The position numbers and the translations under genes were made by a program. From Clostridia bacterium (GTDB lineage Bacteria > Bacillota > Clostridia > TANB77 > CAG-508): a stretch of 64,000 nt of DNA. Shown piece by piece: positions 1-10,485 of the stretch. The stretch covers positions 7,079 to 71,078 of the forward strand of contig JAFTFU010000002.1 of NCBI GenBank assembly GCA_017458285.1, in the 5' to 3' direction. The notes below the pieces were generated by a model, which searched no databases, was not told where the DNA came from, and was given only the letters and a program-made list of their open reading frames with translations. The first letter of the stretch is position 1; every line of letters starts with the position of its first letter.

Positions 1-2993
1 TTCCAAGCAACTCGAACTTTCTCACAATCCAAAGAAACGACTACACCTTCATCATTCCTTGATACAATGGCTGTTATATCAGTTTCAGTTTGCGTAATTC
101 GAGAAGTAGCACCTGTAATAGAATTGTTTGCAGTTATATCTAAGGCAGAGCCATCACCCTTAATATGAAGTGTGCCATTTTCATCTACATAAAAAATACT
201 TTCTGTAGTGTTATTAACAGTTTTAGAAATTGTTAATAAATTAGTAGAATTAGGATTAACATTGAAAATATTTTTGTCGTTCTTAACTGTAAATCCATCA
301 CTATCAAATTTCATACTTCCAGTTTCATTATATATTCCTAATTGTTCGCCTAAAATCAATCTGCCTACGATTGTATCACCATTGACACCATAAGCATATT
401 TTACTTCATTCGTTTCGGGGTCAATATAATAATATTTGCCTATTGCTGTTTTGACATTTAACCAATTATCATCTGTAACAGCAAGAGTGGAATTAATGAT
501 TTTTAGTTGACAATTATCGTATTCATCTAAAATATCATTATACTGTCTACATAAAATCCCATGTTCGTCCCATGTTTGAGTTTGGTTGGAAGCTCCATTG
601 ATAATCTTGTTATTTGTAACATCTAATCCTTTTTCTACCCAATGTGAGATTGTTTGTTTACTTTTTTCTCCTTGTTCCGCTTGATGCTGAGTATAACTAT
701 AAGAAGTTGCCATATTTGACATTGACTGCATTAAAGACTGTTGATCTGAATAACCATCAGCGGTTTTCATTACATCTGAAAACTCTACGGACATATCATC
801 TAAATTACTATAATCAATTTCATAGTTTATCAACCTTAATTTATATACGTTGTCATCAACTAATATTCTTATCCAGTTGCCAACCTTGAAATATTGTGTA
901 ATAATTTTAAATTTAGGAATCACTAATAGATTCAATAAAGAAGCAGTTATAGAGTGTTGTAACTCAGCAGAAGTATACAGTTCTTTTTGCGCTGTATCTA
1001 TAAACTCTAAAGCCTTTTCAAATAATTCCGTATTATTTAAGCCATCCGAAATATAGTTAGAATTTGAAAACTTATCCTCTCTTTTGTAAGCACAAAATTC
1101 TAACCATAAATCTAAACCAAGAAAATTTTCAAAATCTAAATTCTTTTGAATATTTGCTCTGTGTTCATTTAATATCGATTGCAGTCCATGCTGTATCAAA
1201 ACATCATTATCATATTTTCCGGTTATAATGTAGATTTCGTTTTGTCTAATGTTTTGTTCATTCTCAATGGCTTTCAATTTATTATAGTAATTTTTATAAA
1301 TTTTTTCGTATAGATTATTGCCACCCCACGTCTGATTAGTGGCAACACCTTGTTCAACTAAGATATCAATACATGATTGACATATATTCTGAAAACTATT
1401 CAAACTGTCAAGATTATATTTTTTTAGTTCACTCTTAAAATCAGAAATATCTTTTGCAAATAAACCTGTTATATCAGTTTTTTCTTGATTTTCTTGCGAT
1501 AACGCTTTTTGAATTTTCTGATTAACATAATTCTCGTAGTTCGCATTTATCAGCACAGTTATTTTTGCACTTGTAGCATTATCATCTTCGTCAGAATAAT
1601 TTTCAACATAAAAAATACCTTCCCATGTTGTTTTATTCAAACTCGACGAAGTTACTTTTATTCGATAATTGGCATTAACAAGACACTTTGCTACAGATAA
1701 TACGGCGTTATCTGCCGTAGCCAAAGATACACTATCGATATTTGTTACTGCAACAGGTGATATTGAAAATGAACCAAGTTTTGCTACTTCTTTTTCTGCA
1801 TTAGTTTCAATCGGTTCGACTGTAGGCATCATCTCGGACTGCAAATACATAGCAAAATCAATATTCTGATAATATGCAATCATTAAATTACCATATCCAA
1901 CAATAGGGGAAGATAAAGGTGTTAAATCCGTTTTTGAAACTCTATACTCATCTATTAATTGATTGTATTCATTTAGTAAATTTTGATCTATAGTTATTAA
2001 ATATTCTTTTTGATAGTATTCGTACAAATTATCGTACTCATTAATTTTTTGTACAAGATCATCTGACATATCTTCTTTAATATAATCAGGAATATACCAG
2101 ATGTAGTCAGACCCGTTAGGATTGCAACTACGAATTGTAGCTGTCATTAAATCATCGCCAGCTTCTAATTTAAAGCAGTTTTTTTGAGAATCTGTATCTG
2201 ATGTAAATTTAATATCTTTTCCTAATTCATCGGCGGTTATAAATATAGTGGTATCCTCGCCGTATCCCTCTAAAATATCCGAACTCCCACATTTTGTACA
2301 AACGTGTGTAAAATGTCCTCTTTCTCCACATTTAGTACAATACGACTGTACATCATAAACTGAAATACCTCTTCTTATATTTCCATTTTCATCTGAATCT
2401 GATTGAAAAATAAATATACAGCCAATTTCTTCGGCTATCTCAGAACAGGCATCGTATATAGATATATCGTCAAAAGAAAACGTTCGTTGAATATTAGCAA
2501 TAGTAGGGTCAACATGAACAATCTGATAATGTGGTGCTTTTTCTGTTATTCTATGCAATAATGAAATAGAATGATTATCTTGATTATATAATACAGTAGG
2601 ATTAATATAGTCATCCCTTGCAATATCGTTCTCAGTGTTAATTTCGATATCATATAGTATAATCTGTGACAACTCCGCTTGTGCCAGTTGCACGCACGAA
2701 ATATTTTTAACAGGACTCAATTCTTCATCTATATCTACTTTTATCTGAAACCATAAATCACATTCTTTACACCAGACGAGTTTATAATCTTTAATCTGAT
2801 TCCACAAATAATCCTGCTCATTATTAAGATACTTATTCACCGTAAAAGTAATCTCTGCGCCATTCACCATATCATCTTTAATGACAATATTTTGTGCATT
2901 GATTTTGCCTATTTTATTTCCACGCCTGTTTGCTAAAATTAGAGTAGGTTCTTCAGGGATATTCGCAGAATCGAAATTGATTTTTATTGCCAT
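1..2993 (-). CDS. Large tail-tip/minor tail protein (3' end truncated by the window edge)
   Basis: Absent from the ORF track, consistent with running off the window. ATG at 2993 (MAIKINFDSANIPEEPTLILANRRGNKIGKI...) preceded by AAGGCGGTGA; frame open at spot checks. Lies downstream of the Dit-like and tape-measure genes. Confidence 0.75.
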   Translation of the reverse strand, partial: MAIKINFDSANIPEEPTLILANRRGNKIGKINAQNIVIKDDMVNGAEITFTVNKYLNNEQDYLWNQIKDYKLVWCKECDLWFQIKVDIDEELSPVKNISCVQLAQAELSQIILYDIEINTENDIARDDYINPTVLYNQDNHSISLLHRITEKAPHYQIVHVDPTIANIQRTFSFDDISIYDACSEIAEEIGCIFIFQSDSDENGNIRRGISVYDVQSYCTKCGERGHFTHVCTKCGSSDILEGYGEDTTIFITADELGKDIKFTSDTDSQKNCFKLEAGDDLMTATIRSCNPNGSDYIWYIPDYIKEDMSDDLVQKINEYDNLYEYYQKEYLITIDQNLLNEYNQLIDEYRVSKTDLTPLSSPIVGYGNLMIAYYQNIDFAMYLQSEMMPTVEPIETNAEKEVAKLGSFSISPVAVTNIDSVSLATADNAVLSVAKCLVNANYRIKVTSSSLNKTTWEGIFYVENYSDEDDNATSAKITVLINANYENYVNQKIQKALSQENQEKTDITGLFAKDISDFKSELKKYNLDSLNSFQNICQSCIDILVEQGVATNQTWGGNNLYEKIYKNYYNKLKAIENEQNIRQNEIYIITGKYDNDVLIQHGLQSILNEHRANIQKNLDFENFLGLDLWLEFCAYKREDKFSNSNYISDGLNNTELFEKALEFIDTAQKELYTSAELQHSITASLLNLLVIPKFKIITQYFKVGNWIRILVDDNVYKLRLINYEIDYSNLDDMSVEFSDVMKTADGYSDQQSLMQSMSNMATSYSYTQHQAEQGEKSKQTISHWVEKGLDVTNNKIINGASNQTQTWDEHGILCRQYNDILDEYDNCQLKIINSTLAVTDDNWLNVKTAIGKYYYIDPETNEVKYAYGVNGDTIVGRLILGEQLGIYNETGSMKFDSDGFTVKNDKNIFNVNPNSTNLLTISKTVNNTTESIFYVDENGTLHIKGDGSALDITANNSITGATSRITQTETDITAIVSRNDEGVVVSLDCEKVRVAW

Positions 2994-3006
2994 TTGACTC
3001 ACCGCC

Positions 3007-3822
3007 TTATATACTAACTTTGACAATAGGGGAGTAGACCATTTTTATTTCACATGGCAACGAAATAGAAATTTGATTTATACTGTAATTAAATGTACTT
3101 ACCAATCGAAAAAAATTCCAGTTGAAATCATTTTGTATTTTATGTGAACTCAAAGATGTCTGAATAATAGGGTAATCAAGAGTGATTCTTTCTCCGACTT
3201 CGCAGTTAGCAATATACATATTCCTATCTTCGCTTTGATTATAAATACTTAAATCTCCATTTTCTTTAACTGTAATTTCCATATGTGGATAGACAAAACC
3301 TTCTTCGTCAGACAAATTAATAATTTTTCGTTCTTGATTTGCCTCGGAGGTTTCAAGCATTATAGATATAGGATTGTGTAAAGCAAAAGGTCTATTCGTT
3401 ATCATATTAAGTTCTAATCCACATAATTTACCATCAGATTCAATGCGACTAATATTAAAACTTGCTTCAAAATATACATCTGAATATTCATCATTATAAT
3501 CAAGAAATTGTATTTTGTGGAATCCTTTTCTATTTAGCCAACTAATTAGGTCACGGCACTCATCAAATGACATCTCTAAATCTCTATTTTCACAAGTATT
3601 TTTACATATCTGAAAAGTCGTTTCCAGACATTCATTGTATTCTGCACTTGTTAATTCATGCTTTTCGCCATTGCGGACAGAAACAGTATTGAATGTCAAA
3701 TTAGAACCACTTGATACCGTTTGCAATCCTTTTGAACCGAAAGAACAAATTATGTAACCAAAGTCACTCAATCTTAAATTATCGTATTCAAAATCATAAA
3801 CATTCATGACTATCTCCTCCAA
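3007..3822 (-). CDS. Distal tail (Dit-like) protein
   Basis: 271 aa, begins with a DFEYD..LSDFG pattern; typical position after the tape measure in siphophages. Assignment is mainly by synteny. Confidence 0.65.
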   Translation of the reverse strand: MEEIVMNVYDFEYDNLRLSDFGYIICSFGSKGLQTVSSGSNLTFNTVSVRNGEKHELTSAEYNECLETTFQICKNTCENRDLEMSFDECRDLISWLNRKGFHKIQFLDYNDEYSDVYFEASFNISRIESDGKLCGLELNMITNRPFALHNPISIMLETSEANQERKIINLSDEEGFVYPHMEITVKENGDLSIYNQSEDRNMYIANCEVGERITLDYPIIQTSLSSHKIQNDFNWNFFRLVSTFNYSINQISISLPCEIKMVYSPIVKVSI

Positions 3823-3834
3823 TCATTGTAAATA

Positions 3835-4167
3835 TTAATATTTTTTTACACTTAAAATTCGTATTTTAAGTTTTGTGAAAATCGAAATTTTGGATTTTAA
3901 CCCATCGTCTATAATTAATTTTTTGATTTTATTAATCTGTGTTATCAGGTTTTTATACTCTGTTTGATACTGTTTCAACTCCGATATTACTTCTTGCCAA
4001 TTTTCTTGTGTTTCTTGTAATGTCAAAATTAATTGCTCTAAATATTGTTCATTATGTACTTGAAAATCATTCAATATAATCCTATCCCTTAAATCCTTTA
4101 GTTGCTTTATCTCATTATCGTTATTTATGTTCTTATTCCTCATATTTCTCGACCTCGCTTCTATCAT
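3835..4167 (-). CDS. Hypothetical coiled-coil protein
   Basis: 110-aa ORF co-oriented with the tail operon. Confidence 0.55.
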   Translation of the reverse strand: MIEARSRNMRNKNINNDNEIKQLKDLRDRIILNDFQVHNEQYLEQLILTLQETQENWQEVISELKQYQTEYKNLITQINKIKKLIIDDGLKSKISIFTKLKIRILSVKKY

Positions 4168-4169
4168 AG

Positions 4170-4203
4170 AAAAAAGAGCGTTAGCTATACAAAGCTAACG
4201 CTC
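4170..4203 (-). terminator. Rho-independent terminator after the tape-measure gene
   Basis: GAGCGTTAGC-N8-GCTAACGCTC stem followed by a T-run on the minus strand. Confidence 0.75.
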
Positions 4204-4296
4204 CTAAATTATATTATCTACGGCATAGTGTATTCTATATCTCAAATACTTTCATAAATATACTAAGTATGATATCATCTCCGCTCTCAATAATAT

Positions 4297-7200
4297 TTAT
4301 ATGTGATATTTTTTTAGAGAACTTCCTCCGAAAAGCCTGTCAGTAGTCATGGATTTGATTAAAGATTCAAACTTCTTATCGTGCTGCATGGCATAAATAA
4401 ATTCATCATAGTTCTTTACGTTTGGCAAATTGAAATTAACATTATCCAAACTGACAGAGATACTATTCGTATTATTACTAATATTTGGTGCAACATCAGA
4501 ACTATTATTATCAAATAAATTATCTTTGATAAATGCACTGGGGTCATTCATCATACTAAATAAATTGGAAGTTGCATTGCCATTTAAAATCATATCTCCT
4601 TTGGCGAGAGGGGTAAGGATAGCACCGTCAGAAGGTCTAATGATTGCTTCGGGAATACTATTCTCTTGTGTCCACGCCATTTGAGATTTGTTGACTGATT
4701 GCGTACCTTGCTTAAATTTTGGAACACCGCTCAAACCACTCAAAAAACTTTTAGCATTACGTGTAATATCACCAACACCGCTCAAACCACTCAAAAAACT
4801 TTTAATATTACTTGTATTAGAACTATTGTTTTTTGTAGCAGACTTAGAATTTGTGTTCTTTACATTTGTATCATTATTAGCTTTTTTATCAAGAGCGGAC
4901 ACCATCGTATTAACACTGTTTGTCAAAGAATTGATAGCACTAATAACATTTGTAGTGGCATTAGTAAAATTAATCCCATATTCAGATAATACAGGTTGTG
5001 CGCCACCTTTCCAAATATTATTCATAGTAGAAGAAATTTTATAACCAACATCACTTGCTTGTTCAATCAGTGTATCTTTGATAACATTAGCATCTTCATT
5101 AATATTTACAATCATATCAGAGATTAAACTATCAACATCGTCTAATCTTTCGTTCAATACCTTTTCATATTCATTATACAAATCATCAAGCAATTTCTTT
5201 TGGTCGCTAACAAATTTATCGTATTGCGTTTCTTCCAGATTTTCTTTTGCTTCTTCCAAAGATACTTTAATTTGTTGTACTTTTGACTTTGTTTCTTCGG
5301 ATGTATCGCCTGTATAAGCGGCTAATTGTTTCTGTAATGAGGTTATTTCCTTGGTTTGATCTTTAATCTTTTTTTGATAATCGTATAAATCTTTCTGACT
5401 ATCTAACGCCTCATTATACTTATCAATTAGATCCTGTAAGGCATTTAACTCTAATTCAATGCCTTCTTTGACCATATCTACAATAGCCTGTTTTTCATCC
5501 TCGGCAGATAAAATCATCTGCTGTTGTAATTTCAGCAGCTCTTCTCTGCGTTCTGCAAGGTCTTGATTATAAGGGTCTTTCGCCAACTGTTTGTCAATTT
5601 TAATGATTTCTTTAGCGTACTTATCAGCTTGTGCCATATAAGTATTATAATTAACTCCATGCAACCCCATAGTAGCCTTGCCATTATTTGTAAGTTGTCC
5701 AGCACCTTGACCTTCTTCTTTGTAAAGCTTGTCATTTTGCATAAGTTTAATCAAAAAATCAGACTCTTGCGTTATTTGAGATATCTTCTCTTGAATTAAA
5801 TCAAAAATTTGCCACTTAATATCTCTTATAGAGTTATTAAATTCAATAAGAGATGTCGTTGATTGTTGAATGGCAATATCAGTCTTTTCGATTTCATCCG
5901 TTAATTCATACCATGCTTGCGAACCAACTTTTATATCACCCGATGCAATCGCTGTTTGTAATTTAATGGATAATTCATTTTTCTTAGAAACAAGTTCGGC
6001 GTTATTTTTCTTTTCATTTTTTATCTGTGCTTCGTAATATTTCGTACTAACAAGATAGCCCTTTGCCTGAGTTTGTGCAATACTCTCATTTAATTTAGTT
6101 GCTTGATTTGTAATCTGGTTAAGCTTGTTATCGTGTTTAGTAGCGATATCATTAAATTCTTCAACGGCTAATTCATGAATTGTTTTCTTGTATTCCTCGG
6201 CGTTTTCTTTTGCCTTTTTAATATTCTCTGTCCATTCGTACCAAGCTTTACTGTATTTTTGAATATCACCATTTTTTACCGCTTCGCCAAGTTTTTTCTG
6301 TAACTCACTTGCTTCGTTTAAAGCATAAACACTTTGTTGTTTATATGCCGACCTTAAACCACTGTAATTTTTAGTGGTTTTGCGTGTAGTATCACTGGCT
6401 TTAGTTTCAATCATACTGATTTTACTGCCATATGTTCCACTACGATTTTCCCAACGTGTTTGTATATCGCCAAGTTCTTCAACTGCTAATTGATGTCTTG
6501 CGTTTGCGGCTTGTCTCGCATTTGATTGAGCGTTCTTGATATCAGTTTTGTATTTATAATAATCATCATCGCCAACTTTGATTCTGCCATGTTTGATATC
6601 ATCTTGAAGTTGACCATACAGATTCGCTGCCTTGTCCGTTTCGTATTTTTCAGTTTTCTTATAATTTTTGCCAAGCTTTTTATAATTCTTGTTTATAGAC
6701 CGTGTGTCCTTATCGAGATTATTATAATAATCACTATCGGCATTGATATAATTAATTCTGTTTTCATAATATGTTTCAATATTATCTAATCGTTGTCTTA
6801 TATATTCTTTTTCAGTCTCTTTTAAATCTGAAACCGCATCCCTACAACTAATAGCTTTATCATACAATTCCTGATAATTTTCTATCTTTTCTTTCAAATC
6901 AGCATTTTTTATTTCAGAAAGATTTATGCCACCTTCCCGTACAGCCTTTTTCCAATAACTACCAAGACCTACCTTATTAGCTTCGTTCATATAATAACCA
7001 TAAGCATTTTTATTAAAGGAAATTTCTTTTTCAATAGCGTTGATTGATTTTGAAATCTGTTTATTTTTCCCTTTAAAAGTGATATAATCTCCGACTTTTG
7101 AAAACACTTGTTTGGTATTATTAGCGAATTTCTTTAATCTACGTTCAATCCAATCGAAAACTTTTCCAGTCTCAGTTGTTGACGTATCTAACCCCGAATC

Positions 7201-10053
7201 ACTTGAATCACCTGAGCTTTTTGTATTGCCAGTCAATTTATTCCATGTGTTAGTCGTGATTTTGTAAGGTTTGATGAGTTCATCTAAGACTTTTTCTAAT
7301 GCTGCATTGCCAGATCGAGTAAATTGTCCATGATCTCTATAATTAGCATAATCAGCATAAGTTAAGCCATAAGATGATAATAAAGCATTTATTTTTTCTT
7401 GTGCTTCTGGCGAAGCATATCTTTTTAATTTACCAGTGTTTTTATCTAAAAATGCGCCACTTTTACTGTCATTATCAATTATATTGTTAATCTTAGAATA
7501 TACTTGCGATTCTTCAAAATGTTTTTGTATTTCGGCTTTAGCTTTAATCGCATTAGAAAAATTAGTAATGTCATCATTATATAATTGTCCGAAATCTTTA
7601 ATGAGTTTGCCTTGTTTAGATAATAATTCTGCATTAGTATTTTGTAATGCTGCCTTTTTAATTTCAGATAAATTATCCCAATTAGTAATATCAATTCCAT
7701 AAAAGTCATTAAAATACTTTATCTCATCTTGAATTTGTTTTATAGAATCGCCTAATAAGTTTTCATTATCTTTTTCTTTCTCTTGAACTGCTTTATGATA
7801 CGCCTCATAGTCATTTTCATACATTTCAGCGTTGTACAAATCTTCATAAGCATCTTTTTGTTTAGCAACTAATTCAGTAATAGCAGTTTGCATACCTTCC
7901 ATATCATTGATATATGGACGTAAAGATTGATAAGTGTCATCTGTCATTATAGTGTCGATACTGGAAAGCGATAAAGAACCATTTTCGCTGATTTCTTTTG
8001 TAAAACCAATAAGAGTTGATATACTACTTGATACACCTTTAATAGCCTTTTGAATGTCCTCAATTAAAGTCTTAGTGTCTTTAAGTTCAGGCTTTAACTG
8101 CTTTAATGCGGCAATCATACTTTGAATAGATTTTTTCGCTTCATCAGATAAATCCTGTGTATTTAGTACTTTTTCTAATTGACCTATTAATTCTTGTGGA
8201 CGTTCTTTTATTACCTTATCTATTCCTTCTGCTAAATTGCCAAACTTTTCATCTGTCCAGTCAACATATTCGCCAAGAGTAGGGAAGAGGTCAACTAATT
8301 CAACAACATCATTTGTTGTTAATTTTCCAGCAAAAAGGTTTTGATATGCTTTGTTGAGTTTATCAACATCGGAATGAACAGATTTTAATTCTTTTGTTTG
8401 GTCTTTGGATAATGCAAAAGATGATTCATCGTTTTTTTCTGCGACCTTTGTTTTAACAATTCCAAGTTTTTCTAATGCACCAATATATTGTTCAACTGTA
8501 ATTTCAGCTTGACCAGTAGCATCAGTCATACCGTTCCATAAATCTATATAACCTTTAATATTATCATATAAATTTTTCTCATCACCCGACAAAGATTCGT
8601 AATTCAAATCCCCTTTTGATAATATTGAATTAATATCATCAGATGTATAATTATTCTTATTAACAATTTCTTTTATTTTATTACTATAACCATCGGGCGA
8701 ACCTTCCAATTCTGCTTGAACATCAACAATAATAGGTGTTTCTTTTGATTGTTGGTACACTTGTTTTTGTACATCAGCAAACCAATTTTTTATACTTTCA
8801 CCAGAAACATTATCCTCATCAACAAAATCAAGATTAAATATATCATGAAAAATGTCACGTAATTCAGTGTATGCTTGCGTGATTTCATCTTGATTGCCTG
8901 AAGCAAGTGCCTCTGTATAAGCCTTTTTCTTTTCAACTATTTTTTCGTAATATTCAGAATACTTATCATCAGTCAATATCAGATTTTCTACAGCCGTATC
9001 ATAAATCGTTTTATTAGTTTTATATTCATCACTACTTAATAATTCACTTTTTCTTTCTAATATTTCTGATTTTAATTCCTTAAATCCTTGTAATTCTTGT
9101 TGTTCATACCAATTTAAACTATCTTTAGACTCATATTCCTTTATTTTAGTTTCTACGGCATTATGAAATTCATCCATAGTAGCCAAAATTTCATCAATAG
9201 TACCACTAAATCCAACTTGTGTGCCGCTACTATTAGGCATAATATAAATATTTTTACCATTTTCATCAGCCCATTGGTTTATCCATTTTTTACTACTAAC
9301 TTGTTGTCCGCTTCCCCAATTAACACCCAAGAAACTATTTCCGTTAAAATATTGATTAGCGTTTTTAGTTTCTGTAACATGAGTATCGTTCCAGTTTTTT
9401 GCCGCTTCTTTTTTTAATTGGATTAAAGCACTGGTTTCACCTTGTATAGATTCAGTTATATAACCTACAGCATCCTTTTCCTGACCATATTTCTTTATCA
9501 GTTCTTCTTGAATTTCGAGTAATTGTTTTCTTTTTTCTGTAGCTTCTGTTTGAGAAATACTATCATAATTTAAAGCTGTTTTTAAATCATTAATTTTACT
9601 AATATAACTATCAATATCATCAAAAGATTTTTTTAAATCATTTGCGCTATCAGCAACATCTTCAATGCTATTAGACCAATTAGAAAATACCGTAACAGCA
9701 GTCGAAACAACACCAATTACTGTTGCTGCTGCAACCGCTATCGCACCAATAGGATTGCTTGCCATCGCTACTGTCAAACCTCTAAAAGCAGCACTTAAAC
9801 CACCTGTTGCCGTTGTCAACGCTCCTGTGGATGCAGTTGCTGCCATTTCGGCTTGTGAAGCTGCTAAAGTAGCAGCAATTTGTTTTGCCTCTGCCTCAAC
9901 AACACCATGATTCATAAGAATTTGTTGCATCTGTTCTTTATTTAATCCTGTCTTAACAAGGCAAGCCTTTAAATCTTCTACAGACATATTTTTAGTTACG
10001 GTATTAACTAATTCTAAACTTGTCGCACCCTCAATTCCCAGAATTTTTAATTG
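4297..10053 (-). CDS. Tail tape-measure protein, exon 2 (C-terminal ~1918 aa)
   Basis: Long helical/coiled-coil protein. The annotated TTG start has no RBS. The frame continues exon 1 once 10054-10924 is removed (…KNLD|QLKIL…). Confidence 0.85.
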   Translation of the reverse strand, partial: QLKILGIEGATSLELVNTVTKNMSVEDLKACLVKTGLNKEQMQQILMNHGVVEAEAKQIAATLAASQAEMAATASTGALTTATGGLSAAFRGLTVAMASNPIGAIAVAAATVIGVVSTAVTVFSNWSNSIEDVADSANDLKKSFDDIDSYISKINDLKTALNYDSISQTEATEKRKQLLEIQEELIKKYGQEKDAVGYITESIQGETSALIQLKKEAAKNWNDTHVTETKNANQYFNGNSFLGVNWGSGQQVSSKKWINQWADENGKNIYIMPNSSGTQVGFSGTIDEILATMDEFHNAVETKIKEYESKDSLNWYEQQELQGFKELKSEILERKSELLSSDEYKTNKTIYDTAVENLILTDDKYSEYYEKIVEKKKAYTEALASGNQDEITQAYTELRDIFHDIFNLDFVDEDNVSGESIKNWFADVQKQVYQQSKETPIIVDVQAELEGSPDGYSNKIKEIVNKNNYTSDDINSILSKGDLNYESLSGDEKNLYDNIKGYIDLWNGMTDATGQAEITVEQYIGALEKLGIVKTKVAEKNDESSFALSKDQTKELKSVHSDVDKLNKAYQNLFAGKLTTNDVVELVDLFPTLGEYVDWTDEKFGNLAEGIDKVIKERPQELIGQLEKVLNTQDLSDEAKKSIQSMIAALKQLKPELKDTKTLIEDIQKAIKGVSSSISTLIGFTKEISENGSLSLSSIDTIMTDDTYQSLRPYINDMEGMQTAITELVAKQKDAYEDLYNAEMYENDYEAYHKAVQEKEKDNENLLGDSIKQIQDEIKYFNDFYGIDITNWDNLSEIKKAALQNTNAELLSKQGKLIKDFGQLYNDDITNFSNAIKAKAEIQKHFEESQVYSKINNIIDNDSKSGAFLDKNTGKLKRYASPEAQEKINALLSSYGLTYADYANYRDHGQFTRSGNAALEKVLDELIKPYKITTNTWNKLTGNTKSSGDSSDSGLDTSTTETGKVFDWIERRLKKFANNTKQVFSKVGDYITFKGKNKQISKSINAIEKEISFNKNAYGYYMNEANKVGLGSYWKKAVREGGINLSEIKNADLKEKIENYQELYDKAISCRDAVSDLKETEKEYIRQRLDNIETYYENRINYINADSDYYNNLDKDTRSINKNYKKLGKNYKKTEKYETDKAANLYGQLQDDIKHGRIKVGDDDYYKYKTDIKNAQSNARQAANARHQLAVEELGDIQTRWENRSGTYGSKISMIETKASDTTRKTTKNYSGLRSAYKQQSVYALNEASELQKKLGEAVKNGDIQKYSKAWYEWTENIKKAKENAEEYKKTIHELAVEEFNDIATKHDNKLNQITNQATKLNESIAQTQAKGYLVSTKYYEAQIKNEKKNNAELVSKKNELSIKLQTAIASGDIKVGSQAWYELTDEIEKTDIAIQQSTTSLIEFNNSIRDIKWQIFDLIQEKISQITQESDFLIKLMQNDKLYKEEGQGAGQLTNNGKATMGLHGVNYNTYMAQADKYAKEIIKIDKQLAKDPYNQDLAERREELLKLQQQMILSAEDEKQAIVDMVKEGIELELNALQDLIDKYNEALDSQKDLYDYQKKIKDQTKEITSLQKQLAAYTGDTSEETKSKVQQIKVSLEEAKENLEETQYDKFVSDQKKLLDDLYNEYEKVLNERLDDVDSLISDMIVNINEDANVIKDTLIEQASDVGYKISSTMNNIWKGGAQPVLSEYGINFTNATTNVISAINSLTNSVNTMVSALDKKANNDTNVKNTNSKSATKNNSSNTSNIKSFLSGLSGVGDITRNAKSFLSGLSGVPKFKQGTQSVNKSQMAWTQENSIPEAIIRPSDGAILTPLAKGDMILNGNATSNLFSMMNDPSAFIKDNLFDNNSSDVAPNISNNTNSISVSLDNVNFNLPNVKNYDEFIYAMQHDKKFESLIKSMTTDRLFGGSSLKKYHI
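4723..4804. repeat. 31-bp direct repeat, two copies (4723-4753, 4774-4804), encoding KSFLSGLSGV twice
   Basis: aacaccgctcaaaccactcaaaaaactttta occurs twice with a 51-bp period. Confidence 0.85.
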
Positions 10054-10080
10054 CAATATAATTAAAGGCTATAAAGTTAC

Positions 10081-10109
10081 TTGACATTATTCAAATAAAA
10101 CGATATAAT
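10081..10109 (+). promoter_or_regulatory. Consensus sigmaA promoter for the intron cargo gene
   Basis: TTGACA(10081-86)-17 bp-TATAAT(10104-09). Confidence 0.9.
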
Positions 10110-10134
10110 ATTATCAAAAAGGTAGGTGTTGTAT

Positions 10135-10455
10135 ATGAGTGATAATATTCGTACTATCGGAATAATAGATTATGATTGTCCGTTTTGTCATCATAACAAA
10201 TCTTATGTTAAAATGTATTTAGAATATACAGAATTTGGTGAATGTATGTCTTGTGGGAAAGAGACTTATCAAAAGGTTTTAAAAACATTTGACTTTAATA
10301 AACCAAAATCTGTTCAATGTCCTTATTGTCATTCAACAAATACTAAAAAAATATCCACAACTTCAAAAGTTGGTAGTGTTGCCCTCTTTGGTATTTTTGC
10401 CGCCGGCAAAGTTGCTAAAGAATGGCATTGTAATACTTGTAAAAGTGATTTTTAA
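10135..10455 (+). CDS. Double zinc-ribbon protein with a short hydrophobic segment; antisense cargo inside the intron
   Basis: Four CxxC pairs (CPFC, CMSC, CPYC, CNTC) and segment VGSVALFGIFAAG; RBS AAAGGTAGGTG upstream of ATG 10135; own promoter and terminator. Confidence 0.85.
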   Translation: MSDNIRTIGIIDYDCPFCHHNKSYVKMYLEYTEFGECMSCGKETYQKVLKTFDFNKPKSVQCPYCHSTNTKKISTTSKVGSVALFGIFAAGKVAKEWHCNTCKSDF

Positions 10456-10459
10456 TTTT

Positions 10460-10485
10460 AACCGTCATAGAAATATGGCGGTTTT
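10460..10485 (+). terminator. Terminator hairpin of the cargo gene
   Basis: AACCGTCATA-GAAA-TATGGCGGTT then a short T-run, 4 nt after the stop codon; the G·U pair favours the plus strand. Confidence 0.7.

Noticed and set aside
208-9910. Many short plus-strand ORFs opposite the tail genes (also 44424-44990 minus)
   Set aside because: They are antisense shadows of long genuine CDSs and lack RBS or motifs.
10054-10056. TTG start making 4297-10056 an independent gene
   Set aside because: There is no Shine-Dalgarno upstream, the G of TTG fits the intron omega-G, and splicing joins the two parts in frame.
10135-10455. Cargo as a standard homing endonuclease
   Set aside because: It is antisense to the intron, only ~106 aa, and lacks GIY-YIG, HNH and LAGLIDADG motifs.
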